From positions 335,286 through 399,285 of the forward strand of contig QQUJ01000018.1 of the NCBI GenBank assembly GCA_008501635.1: a stretch of 64,000 nucleotides of DNA. Reading direction: 5' to 3'. The translations under genes were made by a program, and so were the position numbers. The notes under the pieces are model-generated. The model was not told the DNA's origin, did no database searches, and saw only the letters and a program-made list of their open reading frames with translations. This document shows positions 48,801-60,062 of this stretch, piece by piece. The stretch's first letter is position 1; every line of letters begins with the position of its first letter. This DNA comes from Pseudomonadota bacterium (GTDB lineage Bacteria > Pseudomonadota > Gammaproteobacteria > QQUJ01).

Positions 48801-51447
48801 GGAAGAGGGTGGAGCCATCCGATCTTGCGCGCCGTTTGGCAAGATGGCCGGCGAGCTTGAGGCGCTGCGCTTCGCCGCCCGATAGGGTCGGCACGGGCTG
48901 GCCCAGCCGCAGATAGCCCAGACCCACCGCCGCCAGCGGCTCCAGACTCTTGTGTACCGCAGGCTGATCGGTAAAGAACGCTACCGCCTCGGTAACGGTG
49001 AGATCCAGCACATCGGCCATGCACTTGCCGTCAAGCTTCACCTCCAGGACCTCGGAGCGGTAGCGGCGTCCGTCGCAGTCGGGGCAGCGCAGGTAGACGT
49101 CGCTCAGAAACTGCATCTCCACATGTTCGAAACCGGTGCCGCTGCAGGTGGGGCAGCGGCCGGTGCCCGAGTTGAAACTGAAGGTGCCCGCCGTGTAGCC
49201 GCGCTCCCGGGCCAGTGGTTCGGCGGCGAACAGCTTGCGGATGGCATCGAGCGCGCCCACGTAGCTGGCGGGATTGGAGCGTGTGGTCTTGCCGATGGGG
49301 GACTGGTCCACCATCACCACGTCGGTCAACGACTCATGTCCGCGCAGTTGCGTAAACGGTCCAGGCGCTTCGGTTGCTCTGCCCAGCTGTTTGCAGAGCG
49401 CCCGGAACAGCACCGTCTCGATCAAGGTCGATTTTCCCGAACCGCTGACGCCGGTGATGCAGACCAACTGCTGCAGCGGGAAACGCAACTCGATCCCCTT
49501 CAGGTTTTGCGCGGCTGCGCCGGTGAGCGTCAGCCAACTGGTTGTTGAGGGGTCGCGAGTTCTTAAGGTTCTTAAGGGGTCAGAGCCCTTTTCTTCTATC
49601 CGACCCAGATCCGCAACGCAAGTGGCAGAAAAGGGCTCTGACCCCTTAAGAAAATCACCGCGCAGGTAGTGCGCGGTGATCGAATCCCGTGAGCGCAACA
49701 ATTGCTTCGGCGTTCCGAAATAGACCACCTGACCGCCGTGCTCCCCCGGTCCTGGCCCCATGTCGATGATGCGGTCAGCTGCCAACATGATTTGCGCGTC
49801 GTGCTCCACCACCACCAGCGAGTTACCGGCATCGCGCAGTCGATGCAGAATCCCGATGACCCGCTCCATGTCACGCGGGTGTAGCCCGATGCTGGGTTCG
49901 TCCAGTACAAAGAGGGTGTTGACCAGGGAGGTGCCGAGCGCGGTGGTTAGATTGATGCGCTGCACTTCACCGCCGCTCAAGGTGCGCGACTGGCGGTCGA
50001 GGGTGAGGTAGCCGAGACCGACTTCCTCCAGGTAGCGCAATCGCGAGCGGATTTCGCCGAGCAGCAGGTCGGTCGCCTCATCGAGGGGGGCGGGTAACTG
50101 CAGGGTATCGAAAAAGGCGCGGCAACGATTGATCGGCAGGATCATGACATCGTGCAGCGTGAGGCCCGGCAGTGAAGCCAGCGTCGCGCGGGTATATTCG
50201 AAAGACGCAGCGTGGAACCGCTGCGTATCGGGCAGGACGCTGTCGGCCTCGCGCTTCGTGCCGATGCGCCAGTTGAGGGCCTCGGGTTTAAGCCGTGCCC
50301 CAGCGCAATTTGCGCAGCGATCGTAGGATCGGTACTTGGAGAGCAGCACACGGATGTGCATGCGATAACTTTTGGTCTCCAGCCAATCGAAGAAACGCCG
50401 CGTGCCGTACCAGACGCCCTCGTCCCAGTGGCCTTCACCGTCGATGACCCAACGCCGGTGCCGGTCGCTCAGTTCGCGCCACGCCTTGTTGATGGGCACC
50501 CTGCGCTGCCTGGCAAAGCGGATCAGGTCGTCCTGGCATTCGCGGTAGCTGTCGGTCTGCCATGGTTTTACCGCTCCGGCGGCGAGGCTCTTGCTTTCGT
50601 CGGGCACCACCAATCCGTAGTCGATGCCCATGGTGCGTCCGAAACCACGGCAGGTCTCGCACGCACCGAGGGGTGAGTTGAAGGAGAAACTGTTGGGGAC
50701 AGGGTCGCTGTATTCGATGTCGCAAGATGCGCAGTGCAGCGTCGCCGAGTAGGGCAATGCCCGGTGTCCGTCGTCGAGCGGAAACACGCGAATGTGGCCA
50801 CGACCGTGATGCAACGCGATTTCCAGGTCTTCGATCAGGCGATCGCGCCGGTCGGGTGCCAGGCGCAGTCGGTCTTGAGTCACCAACAGTGTACCCTCGA
50901 ACTCATCTTGAATCCGGCTGTAGCCCTGTGCCTCCAGATTCTTCAGCACCTCATCGCGGGTGAAGTTGCCGGGTATGCGAATGGGAAAAGTGATGGCGAC
51001 GCGTTGATCGGTGTGTTTTGCGAGCAACTGATCGGCAATGGTATCGGGTGTGTCGCGTACCACCGGCTGCCCGCAGCGGTGGCAATAGAGCTGGGTGGTA
51101 CGCGCGAACAGCAACTTCAGATGATCGTTGAGTTCGGTCATGGTGCCCACCGTTGAGCGCGAGGTGCGTACCGGATTGGTCTGGTCGATGGCGATGGCCG
51201 GCGGGATACCCTCGATGCGCTCCACCTGCGGCTTGTCCATGCGGTCGAGGAACTGACGCGCGTAGGGTGAAAAGGTCTCGACGTAGCGGCGTTGCCCCTC
51301 CGCGTAGAGGGTATCGAAGGCGAGCGAGGATTTGCCCGAGCCGCTGACGCCGGTAATGACGATCAGTTCGTTGAGCGGCAGTTCGAGATCCAGGTTCTTC
51401 AGGTTGTTCTGAGTCGCGCCGTGGATACGAATAGTCAAGTCGCTCAT
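45835..51447 (-). CDS. giant tandemly duplicated UvrA-like protein (four ABC ATPase domains; fused UvrA paralog)
   Basis: 1870 aa. Four Walker A motifs: [64 protein letters not shown] and [15 protein letters not shown]. Four ABC signature/Walker B regions (LSGGEAQR...DEP) and Zn-finger Cys pairs (CHRCG, [32 protein letters not shown]). Each half is collinear with canonical UvrA. Confidence 0.85.
   Translation of the reverse strand: [1870 protein letters not shown]
49571..49650. repeat. in-frame palindromic insertion (perfect 23-bp inverted repeat, 34-nt spacer) inside the UvrA-like CDS
   Basis: cttaaggggtcagagcccttttc (49571-49593) ... gaaaagggctctgaccccttaag (49628-49650). It is locally AT-richer and preceded by the direct repeat ttcttaagg/ttcttaagg. 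It encodes ...[30 protein letters not shown]... in the linker before the second Walker A of the first UvrA unit. The ORF stays open. Confidence 0.65.
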
Positions 51448-51731
51448 GGTGTGCAGAGGGTGGCCGGGTCGAAAAGGACGCCCACTATAACAAGTGGCGC
51501 CGGTGTTCGCCCGTGCGGATTCATCGCCCCTCCAAAGCCACGTCAGTGCGTTCGTGGCGGCAGCGCAAACTATGCTTTCCCTGCTCTGTATGCGGGATTC
51601 CTGCGCCCGGTTGGAGCGGTGTGCAGTTAACTCGGCTGACGATTACCACGACATATCCAACAACCAGTGGCGGGATGCGGAATTGCTGTACGGCTGGAGT
51701 GGTCAGTGTTTACGGCGAAGGAGACGATGCT

Positions 51732-52025
51732 ATGAGCCGACGTGCCAGATGTGCAGTGGGAATAGTGGTTGCCCTGCTTGCAACCTCTGTGGTTGCGGAC
51801 AGCCATAAGAGTCCGGGCGGTATCATTGCGATCCCGGTGGGCAAAGCGACGGGGCGGCTCACGGTCCAGTTCGAACTGTTCGACAGGAAACCCTTTGTCC
51901 ACCGGGTGCGCGCTGGAGATCAACCGCATTGCGGCGGGCAGACACGTGGTCAATGTCAGCGTAGCGGGTGGATGCGGTGGTTTCGGTTGGCTGCCGAGTG
52001 CCAGGCAGCGTGTCAATCTGATTGA
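51732..52025 (+). CDS. hypothetical small secreted protein (possibly frameshifted)
   Basis: MSRRARCAVGIVVALLATSVVADSHKSPGG... signal peptide. The adjacent +1 frame (51769..52116) continues with ...GGCGGFGWLPSARQRVNLIEGNRYTGLVRFTYHRV.... No RBS or family recognised. Confidence 0.25.
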   Translation: MSRRARCAVGIVVALLATSVVADSHKSPGGIIAIPVGKATGRLTVQFELFDRKPFVHRVRAGDQPHCGGQTRGQCQRSGWMRWFRLAAECQAACQSD

Positions 52026-52143
52026 AGGCAACCGATACACGGGCCTGGTGCGGTTTACGTATCACCGCGTGTCTACGCAATTGCCGATCAAACCCCTGCC
52101 CCGGTTGCCGCGATAGTGATGGGTAACGACTTCGCCCGCACCT

Positions 52144-54093
<1,950 letters not shown>

Positions 54094-54173
54094 GGGGATA
54101 GGCTCAGGCCGGGTGCGATTTGGGGGTGATCGACACAGGGACGCGCATCGGGCATCGTCGATCGGGATCGGTA

Positions 54174-54872
54174 CTATCCGGTTTGATCGGAACCGGTGCT
54201 GCCAATTTCCCGCACGATGCCCTCATCCAGCCAGTCAAGCAATCCCTGCCACTGTTCGATATCGCGCTGAGCGAGATGAGGAGGCAGGTCGTGAATCCCG
54301 ATCCCCTGCTCGGCGGCACGCACATAGTTCTGCGTGTCACGAAGCGCGGCAACAAAGGGAATATTCAGCGTTTGCAGAAAATTGCGCAGCGCTAGGTACG
54401 AATTGGTGCGCGCCCTGACCCGGTTGGCGACCACGGCGAGCCGCGTCTTGTGCACCCGGGCGCGCCCCACCAGCAGCAGGTCGCGAATGAAATCGGATGC
54501 GGCGTAGATATCGATGGAGGAGGGCAGGACAGGAATCAGTATGGTGTCGACCCGACGTACATAGTCTTCGAGGTGAAAACCATGAATCCCCGCCGGTGCG
54601 TCGATCACCACGCGTTCGGTGCCGACCGGCGGTGCCAACTGCCAGGCGCGGGTCGCATTGGCGTTGCGCGTTTCGCGAAAGGCGGCGATGCCGTGGATCT
54701 GCGGGCGTTCCTCTCCGCGGATGCGATTCCACTTGGTACTCGAACCCTGCGGATCGTAGTCCACCATTGCGGTTTGCATCCCCAAGCCTGCGAAATAGCT
54801 CGCGAGATTGGTTGCGATGGTGGTCTTGCCGCAACCGCCCTTGGAGTTGAGTACGAGTATGGTGTGGCGCAT
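54174..54872 (-). CDS. orphan ParA/MinD-family P-loop ATPase (no adjacent ParB)
   Basis: MRHTILVLNSKGGCGKTTIATNLA is the deviant Walker A KGGxGKT with the signature Lys. 232 aa. No parB-like gene or centromere repeats nearby. Confidence 0.8.
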   Translation of the reverse strand: MRHTILVLNSKGGCGKTTIATNLASYFAGLGMQTAMVDYDPQGSSTKWNRIRGEERPQIHGIAAFRETRNANATRAWQLAPPVGTERVVIDAPAGIHGFHLEDYVRRVDTILIPVLPSSIDIYAASDFIRDLLLVGRARVHKTRLAVVANRVRARTNSYLALRNFLQTLNIPFVAALRDTQNYVRAAEQGIGIHDLPPHLAQRDIEQWQGLLDWLDEGIVREIGSTGSDQTG

Positions 54873-54959
54873 GCCCAGTCTGCGAGTCAGTGCCCTGTAT
54901 GCTTTTATTGTGCGCCAGTGTAGCAGTATCTATCTGATAGACAAACAAAACCCATCACA

Positions 54960-57272
54960 TTATCCAACGCGTCGATTCATGTCAGTAGCTTCCAGCTCGG
55001 CTGTCTGGGTCTGAGCATCGACGACCGCCAGGGCGCTCATATTGACGATACGTCGCACGGTAGTGGAGGTGGTCAGGACGTGCGCGGGCGCCGCGGCGCC
55101 CAGCAGTAGCGGACCGATTACCACTGCATCGCCGAGAATTTTCAACAGGTTGTAGGCGATGTTGGCGGAATCCATGTTGGGCATGATCAACAGATTTGCT
55201 GCGCCGGAGAGTTCGGAATTCGGAAAGATAGCGCTGCGGATTCTCTCGGACAACGCGGTATCGGCGTGCATCTCGCCCTCGACTTCCAGATCGGGCGCAC
55301 GTCGTTTGATGATCACACGCGCCTCGGCCATCTTGAGTGCAGAGGCGGTTTTGCTGCTGCCAAAGTTGGAGTGCGAAAGCAGGGCCACCTTGGGTACGAT
55401 GCCGAAGCGCCGTACCGCCTCACTGGCGAGCAGCGTCATCTCGGTGATCTCTTCGGTGGTCGGATCGGGATTGACGTGGGTGTCGCAGATGAACAGAGCG
55501 CCCTGTTTGATCAACAGCACATTCATCGCCGCGACCACGCGCGCGTGCGGGTGACGCCCCAGCACGTTGATAATGTGATTGAGGTGTCGGTGGTAGCGGC
55601 CGGTGACGCCGCAGATCATCGCATCCGCTTCGCCGTGGCGGATCATCAATGCACCCATGACGGTAGAGCGCGTGCGCACGATCTTGCGTGCGTAGTCGGG
55701 GGAGACGCCCTGACGTTCCATGAGTTGATGGTAGAGCTCCCAGTACTCCGTGAACTCGGGGTTGGTGAGCAGGTTCACTACGTCGAAGTGTTCGCCCTGG
55801 CGGATGCGCAGACCGAGCTTCTGGATGCGCCGCGTGATGACGTTGGGGCGACCGATCAGGATCGGACGTGCCAGTCCTTCCGTGACGATGTCCTGCACTG
55901 CGCGCAGTACGCGCTCCTCTTCACCTTCGGCGTAGACGATGCGCTTGGGTGCCAGTTTGGCGGCTTCGAAAATCGGTTTCATCAGCAGTCCGGAGCGAAC
56001 GACGTACTGCTGCAGCTTCTCGCGGTAGGCGACGAAATCGGGCAGGGGCCGCGTTGCGACGCCGCTCTCCATGGCGGCTTTGGCAACCGCGGATGACACC
56101 TCGACGATCAGTCGTGGATCGAAAGGCTTGGGGATGATGTAGTGCGGGCCAAAGGTAAGCGCGTGATCGCCGTAGGCGCTGGCCACCACATCGGATGCCT
56201 CCACCGTTGCAAGGTCGGCGATTGCATGCACGGCTGCGATCTTCATCGCGCCGTTGACGCACGTGGCGCCCACATCGAGTGCGCCGCGGAAAATGTAGGG
56301 GAAGCAGAGGACGTTGTTCACCTGATTGGGATAGTCGGAGCGCCCGGTTGCCATGATCGCATCCTGGCGAACCTTCCTGACCTCCTCGGGCAGGATCTCC
56401 GGTACCGGATTGGCCAGCGCCAGTATGAGCGGCCGCTTGGCCATTGTGGCGACCATCTCTTTGGTGATGACGCCTGGACCGGAGAGCCCGAGGAAGATAT
56501 CGGCGCCGCTCATCGCTTCGGCGATGGTGCGCATCCTGGTCTCTTGAGCAAAGCGCACCTTGGTGGGGTCCGTCGAGGTGTCGCGACCTTTGTAAACCAC
56601 GCCTTTGCGATCGCAGATGGTGATATTCTCGCGCGGCAGGCCCAGGTCCACCAGCAGCTCGAGGCAGGCTATCCCGGCGGCACCTGCGCCGAGGGCGACC
56701 AGGCGCACCCTGGAGATCTCTTTCTCCAGCAAGCGCAGCCCATTCAGGGTCGCTGCGCCCACGATGATGGCAGTGCCATGCTGGTCATCATGAAACACGG
56801 GGATGTTGACGCGTGCCTGCAGTTTGCGCTCGATCTCGAAACACTCCGGCGCCTTGATATCCTCCAGGTTGATGGCGCCAAACGTGGGTTCCAGACGCGC
56901 GATGGTATCGACAAACAGGTCGGAATCGGTCTCGTTGACCTCGATATCGAAGACATCGATATGCGCGAATTTCTTGAACAGCACCGCCTTGCCTTCCATC
57001 ACCGGCTTGGCGGCCAGCGGACCGATGGGCCCGAGTCCCAGCACTGCGGTGCCATTGGTGACCACGGCAACCAGGTTGCCGCGCGCCGTCATCTCGCTCA
57101 CTTGGGCGGGGTCATCGACAATCGCGTTGCACGCGGCAGCCACGCCTGGAGAGTAGGCCAATGCCAGATCGCGCTGATTGGCCAGCGGCTTGGTGGGCGA
57201 GATTTCGAGTTTTCCGGGCTTCGGGTAGCGGTGGTAATGCAGTGCGCTTTCGGTCAGATCGTTGGCCATCAA
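54960..57272 (-). CDS. maeB: NADP-dependent malic enzyme with C-terminal phosphotransacetylase-like domain
   Basis: 770 aa, ...[36 protein letters not shown]... is typical MaeB. Confidence 0.9.
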   Translation of the reverse strand: MMANDLTESALHYHRYPKPGKLEISPTKPLANQRDLALAYSPGVAAACNAIVDDPAQVSEMTARGNLVAVVTNGTAVLGLGPIGPLAAKPVMEGKAVLFKKFAHIDVFDIEVNETDSDLFVDTIARLEPTFGAINLEDIKAPECFEIERKLQARVNIPVFHDDQHGTAIIVGAATLNGLRLLEKEISRVRLVALGAGAAGIACLELLVDLGLPRENITICDRKGVVYKGRDTSTDPTKVRFAQETRMRTIAEAMSGADIFLGLSGPGVITKEMVATMAKRPLILALANPVPEILPEEVRKVRQDAIMATGRSDYPNQVNNVLCFPYIFRGALDVGATCVNGAMKIAAVHAIADLATVEASDVVASAYGDHALTFGPHYIIPKPFDPRLIVEVSSAVAKAAMESGVATRPLPDFVAYREKLQQYVVRSGLLMKPIFEAAKLAPKRIVYAEGEEERVLRAVQDIVTEGLARPILIGRPNVITRRIQKLGLRIRQGEHFDVVNLLTNPEFTEYWELYHQLMERQGVSPDYARKIVRTRSTVMGALMIRHGEADAMICGVTGRYHRHLNHIINVLGRHPHARVVAAMNVLLIKQGALFICDTHVNPDPTTEEITEMTLLASEAVRRFGIVPKVALLSHSNFGSSKTASALKMAEARVIIKRRAPDLEVEGEMHADTALSERIRSAIFPNSELSGAANLLIMPNMDSANIAYNLLKILGDAVVIGPLLLGAAAPAHVLTTSTTVRRIVNMSALAVVDAQTQTAELEATDMNRRVG

Positions 57273-57484
57273 TGGATTCCTACGCTACGGTTGAGCGGAA
57301 AACGAACCGGATGTATGTCGCTGCAATGGCACGGCCGCCTGGCGTGGTTGGTGTCAGGCCGGCGCCGTACAAAGGGCGGTGTTGGGTGCAGAAGGAAGGC
57401 TGTATTCTTGAGCTTCATGGTATGAGAAAAGCATAACACAGCCTCCTCAGCGAATAGAGTGTTACAAGGTGGCTGTGTGCCTCG

Positions 57485-58282
57485 CTATTTTGCCCGCCGA
57501 TCCGCGCGCTTTGCGGCCTCCCACAGCGCGTCGAGTTCAGCCAGGGGTGTATCGACGGGCGCGCGCCCCTGTTGACGCAGATCCGTCTCGATGAAGCGAA
57601 ATCGGCGTTCAAACTTCCGGTTGGCATAGCGCAGCGCCGTTTCGGGATCGACGCCCAGGTGGCGCGACAGGTTGGTGCAGGCGAACAACAGATCGCCCAT
57701 CTCGTCGGTGATCCGCCCCAGATCGTTGTCCCCGGACAGTTCGTGACGCACCTCCTCCAGTTCCTCGGCGATTTTGTCGAACACAGGATGCGGACTCGGC
57801 CAATCGAAACCGACACGGGCTGCGCGACGCTGCAGTTTCACCGAGCGGGTGAGGGCCGGGAGTGCGGCAGTCACACCGTCGAGCACACTGTCGCGCTCGG
57901 GTTTTTCCCGTGCCTTGTGTTGCTCCCACGCCTCGGTTTGGGTGGCTGCATCGGCGATCTGCTCGTCACCAAAGACGTGGGGGTGGCGGCGAATCATCTT
58001 GTCGACGATGGACTGCACCACGTCGGAGAACTCGAACCAGCTTGCCTCCTCGGCCATCCGCGCATGGTAGACCACCTGCAGCAGCAGATCGCCCAGTTCC
58101 TCTTTGAGGTCCTCGGGTGCCTCGCGCTCGATGGCATCAGCGACTTCATAGGCCTCTTCTATGGTGTAGGGGGCGATGGAGCGGAAGTCCTGCTCCCGGT
58201 CCCAGGGACAGCCGGTTTTGGGGTCGCGCAGCCGTGCCATGACGGTGAGCAGGGCGCGGATATCGTGATGCGGGTAGTTCAT
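57485..58282 (-). CDS. mazG: nucleoside triphosphate pyrophosphohydrolase MazG
   Basis: 265 aa, two MazG EExxE repeats (EEAYEVADAIE..., EELEEVRHEL...). Confidence 0.85.
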   Translation of the reverse strand: MNYPHHDIRALLTVMARLRDPKTGCPWDREQDFRSIAPYTIEEAYEVADAIEREAPEDLKEELGDLLLQVVYHARMAEEASWFEFSDVVQSIVDKMIRRHPHVFGDEQIADAATQTEAWEQHKAREKPERDSVLDGVTAALPALTRSVKLQRRAARVGFDWPSPHPVFDKIAEELEEVRHELSGDNDLGRITDEMGDLLFACTNLSRHLGVDPETALRYANRKFERRFRFIETDLRQQGRAPVDTPLAELDALWEAAKRADRRAK

Positions 58283-58286
58283 CGAG

Positions 58287-59054
58287 CTAGTTCCTCGAAG
58301 CCTCAGACGTTGGTCTTGGAGCCGCGATCAGCCGCGGCAGAATTTCTCCAGCGGGACCGCGTAAGTGTAGGTGCGCATTGTGGCTGAGTGGGGTTTCGCT
58401 GGGGTTGATCTCGATCAGCATGGCGCCGGCTTCGAGTGCGGCGTAGGGTAACCCAGCCGCTGGATAGACCAAACTCGAGGTGCCGATGCAGAGGAAGAGG
58501 TCGCAGCGCTTTGCCGCGTCGAACGCCCGCTCCAGCGCCGCAGCCGGCAGGTGTTCGCCGAACCAGACCACGTCCGGCCGCAGCGGTGCGTCACATTGTG
58601 GACAGCGTGGAGGGATGCGGGTGTCGTCAGGATTCGGAACGGCTGGATGGGCCTTGTCCGCGCAGCGGGTGCGATGGATGTTGCCGTGGAGTTCGATGAT
58701 ATTGTGACTTCCCGCGCCTTGGTGCAGTCCGTCAACGTTCTGTGTTATCAAGTGAAAATTGCTGCAGTGTTGCTCCATTGCCGCCAGGGCGGTGTGGCCA
58801 GGATTGGGCTGCGCTGCCGCAATCAGTTCGCGCCGCCATGCGTACCATTGCCACACCCGTTCCGGATCGGCTGCGAACGCCTCGGGCGTGGCAAGCTGCA
58901 GAGGATCATAAGTGGCCCAAAGACCGGTTTGGGCATCGCGAAAGGTGGGTACACCACTCTCAGCCGAGATGCCCGCGCCGGTGAGGACCGTTATACGAGT
59001 CGCAGCGCAGATCAGCGCGGCGGCTTGCTGCAGTGGGTTGCTTTCTTCAGGCAT
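58287..59054 (-). CDS. cobB: NAD-dependent protein deacylase (Sir2 family)
   Basis: From ATG 59054 (MPEESNPLQQAAALICAATRITVLTGAGISAESGVPTFRD...). The Zn ribbon is CADKAHPAV...CPQCDAPLRPDVVWFGE. The stop is 5 nt from the mazG start. Confidence 0.8.
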   Translation of the reverse strand: MPEESNPLQQAAALICAATRITVLTGAGISAESGVPTFRDAQTGLWATYDPLQLATPEAFAADPERVWQWYAWRRELIAAAQPNPGHTALAAMEQHCSNFHLITQNVDGLHQGAGSHNIIELHGNIHRTRCADKAHPAVPNPDDTRIPPRCPQCDAPLRPDVVWFGEHLPAAALERAFDAAKRCDLFLCIGTSSLVYPAAGLPYAALEAGAMLIEINPSETPLSHNAHLHLRGPAGEILPRLIAAPRPTSEASRN

Positions 59055-59334
59055 CGGCTTCGACGCTCGGGGTGGAATCCCGGTCAAGGATAGTTGAATG
59101 TCTGTTGTGTATGCCCGAACTCCTGGCAAGACAAGGGACCTTGGATTCCGCAATACTGGGCGCAATTCGGTCTACGATTGATCGGCAACAGTGCCCATTC
59201 AGCCATCGGGGCCGCTATAATCTCCACCTCTGTCGCTCGCCCGGAGGCGGAGCGTGCCCTGCGGTCGGACATAACACTCTGCTTTTATTGGTGAAATTAA
59301 CATCAGCGTGCAATGACAGGAAGCCGCGGTAGAC

Positions 59335-60006
59335 GTGATTAAACGTTTCTCCCAAAACCAGCTGGGTCGCGATTTCGTATCCGGCGATATCCACGGCGAA
59401 TTCCATCTGCTGGAGGCGGAATTGGAACGGCTGGATTTTGATACTGATCGTGACCGCCTTTTCTGTGTCGGCGATCTGGTGGATCGCGGCAGCGACTCTC
59501 TGGCGGCACTGGAGTGGCTCGCCAAGCCCTGGTTCCACACCTGCCGCGGTAATCACGACAATTTCGTTCAATCCGCACCGGGTAATGTCGACGAGTTGTC
59601 CTGGTGGGTGGCGGTCAACGGGGGTGACTGGTGGCTGGAGGTGGATGAGGCGACCAAGTGGCGCTTTATGGAGACCTTCGCCGAATTGCCCATGCTCCTG
59701 GAGGTGGAGACCCCCCAGGGTCTGGTGGGGATCGTCCACGCTGATATCCCGTGCAATATGTCGTGGTCCCAGTTTGCAACCCGCCTGCAGGATGGTGATC
59801 AGGCCGTATTTGAGTATGCGCTGTGGAGCCGCGGCCGTGCCCAGGAGGTCTGCACGACACCCGTGGAGGGCGTCTACCGCGTCTACTGCGGACACACCGT
59901 TTTTGATGCGCCCAAACAGGTTGGGAATGTCTACTTCATCGATACCGGCGCCGGTTACGATTTCGAAGGCGCACACCTGACTGTGTTGCCCATCAATACC
60001 GCGTAA
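59335..60006 (+). CDS. serine/threonine protein phosphatase 1 (PrpA/PrpB-like metallophosphoesterase)
   Basis: The GDIHG, GDLVDRG and GNHD metallophosphatase motifs are in the canonical order. Confidence 0.8.
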   Translation: MIKRFSQNQLGRDFVSGDIHGEFHLLEAELERLDFDTDRDRLFCVGDLVDRGSDSLAALEWLAKPWFHTCRGNHDNFVQSAPGNVDELSWWVAVNGGDWWLEVDEATKWRFMETFAELPMLLEVETPQGLVGIVHADIPCNMSWSQFATRLQDGDQAVFEYALWSRGRAQEVCTTPVEGVYRVYCGHTVFDAPKQVGNVYFIDTGAGYDFEGAHLTVLPINTA

Positions 60007-60045
60007 CCCCCTTACCCGAACTCAATCCTGAATCGATCCGCAATG

Positions 60046-60062
60046 CCGCACCATGTTGGTGC
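60046..60062. promoter_or_regulatory. putative NtrC enhancer site (cGCACC-N5-GGTGCA)
   Basis: cgcaccatgttggtgca is a perfect dyad matching the NtrC consensus TGCACC-N5-GGTGCA, ~375 bp upstream of the glnK sigma-54 promoter (~107 bp if the MITE is removed). Confidence 0.5.

Noticed and set aside
56142-57425. 427-aa + strand ORF
   Set aside because: Antisense to maeB, with low-complexity composition.
57572-58387. 271-aa + strand ORF
   Set aside because: Antisense to mazG/cobB.
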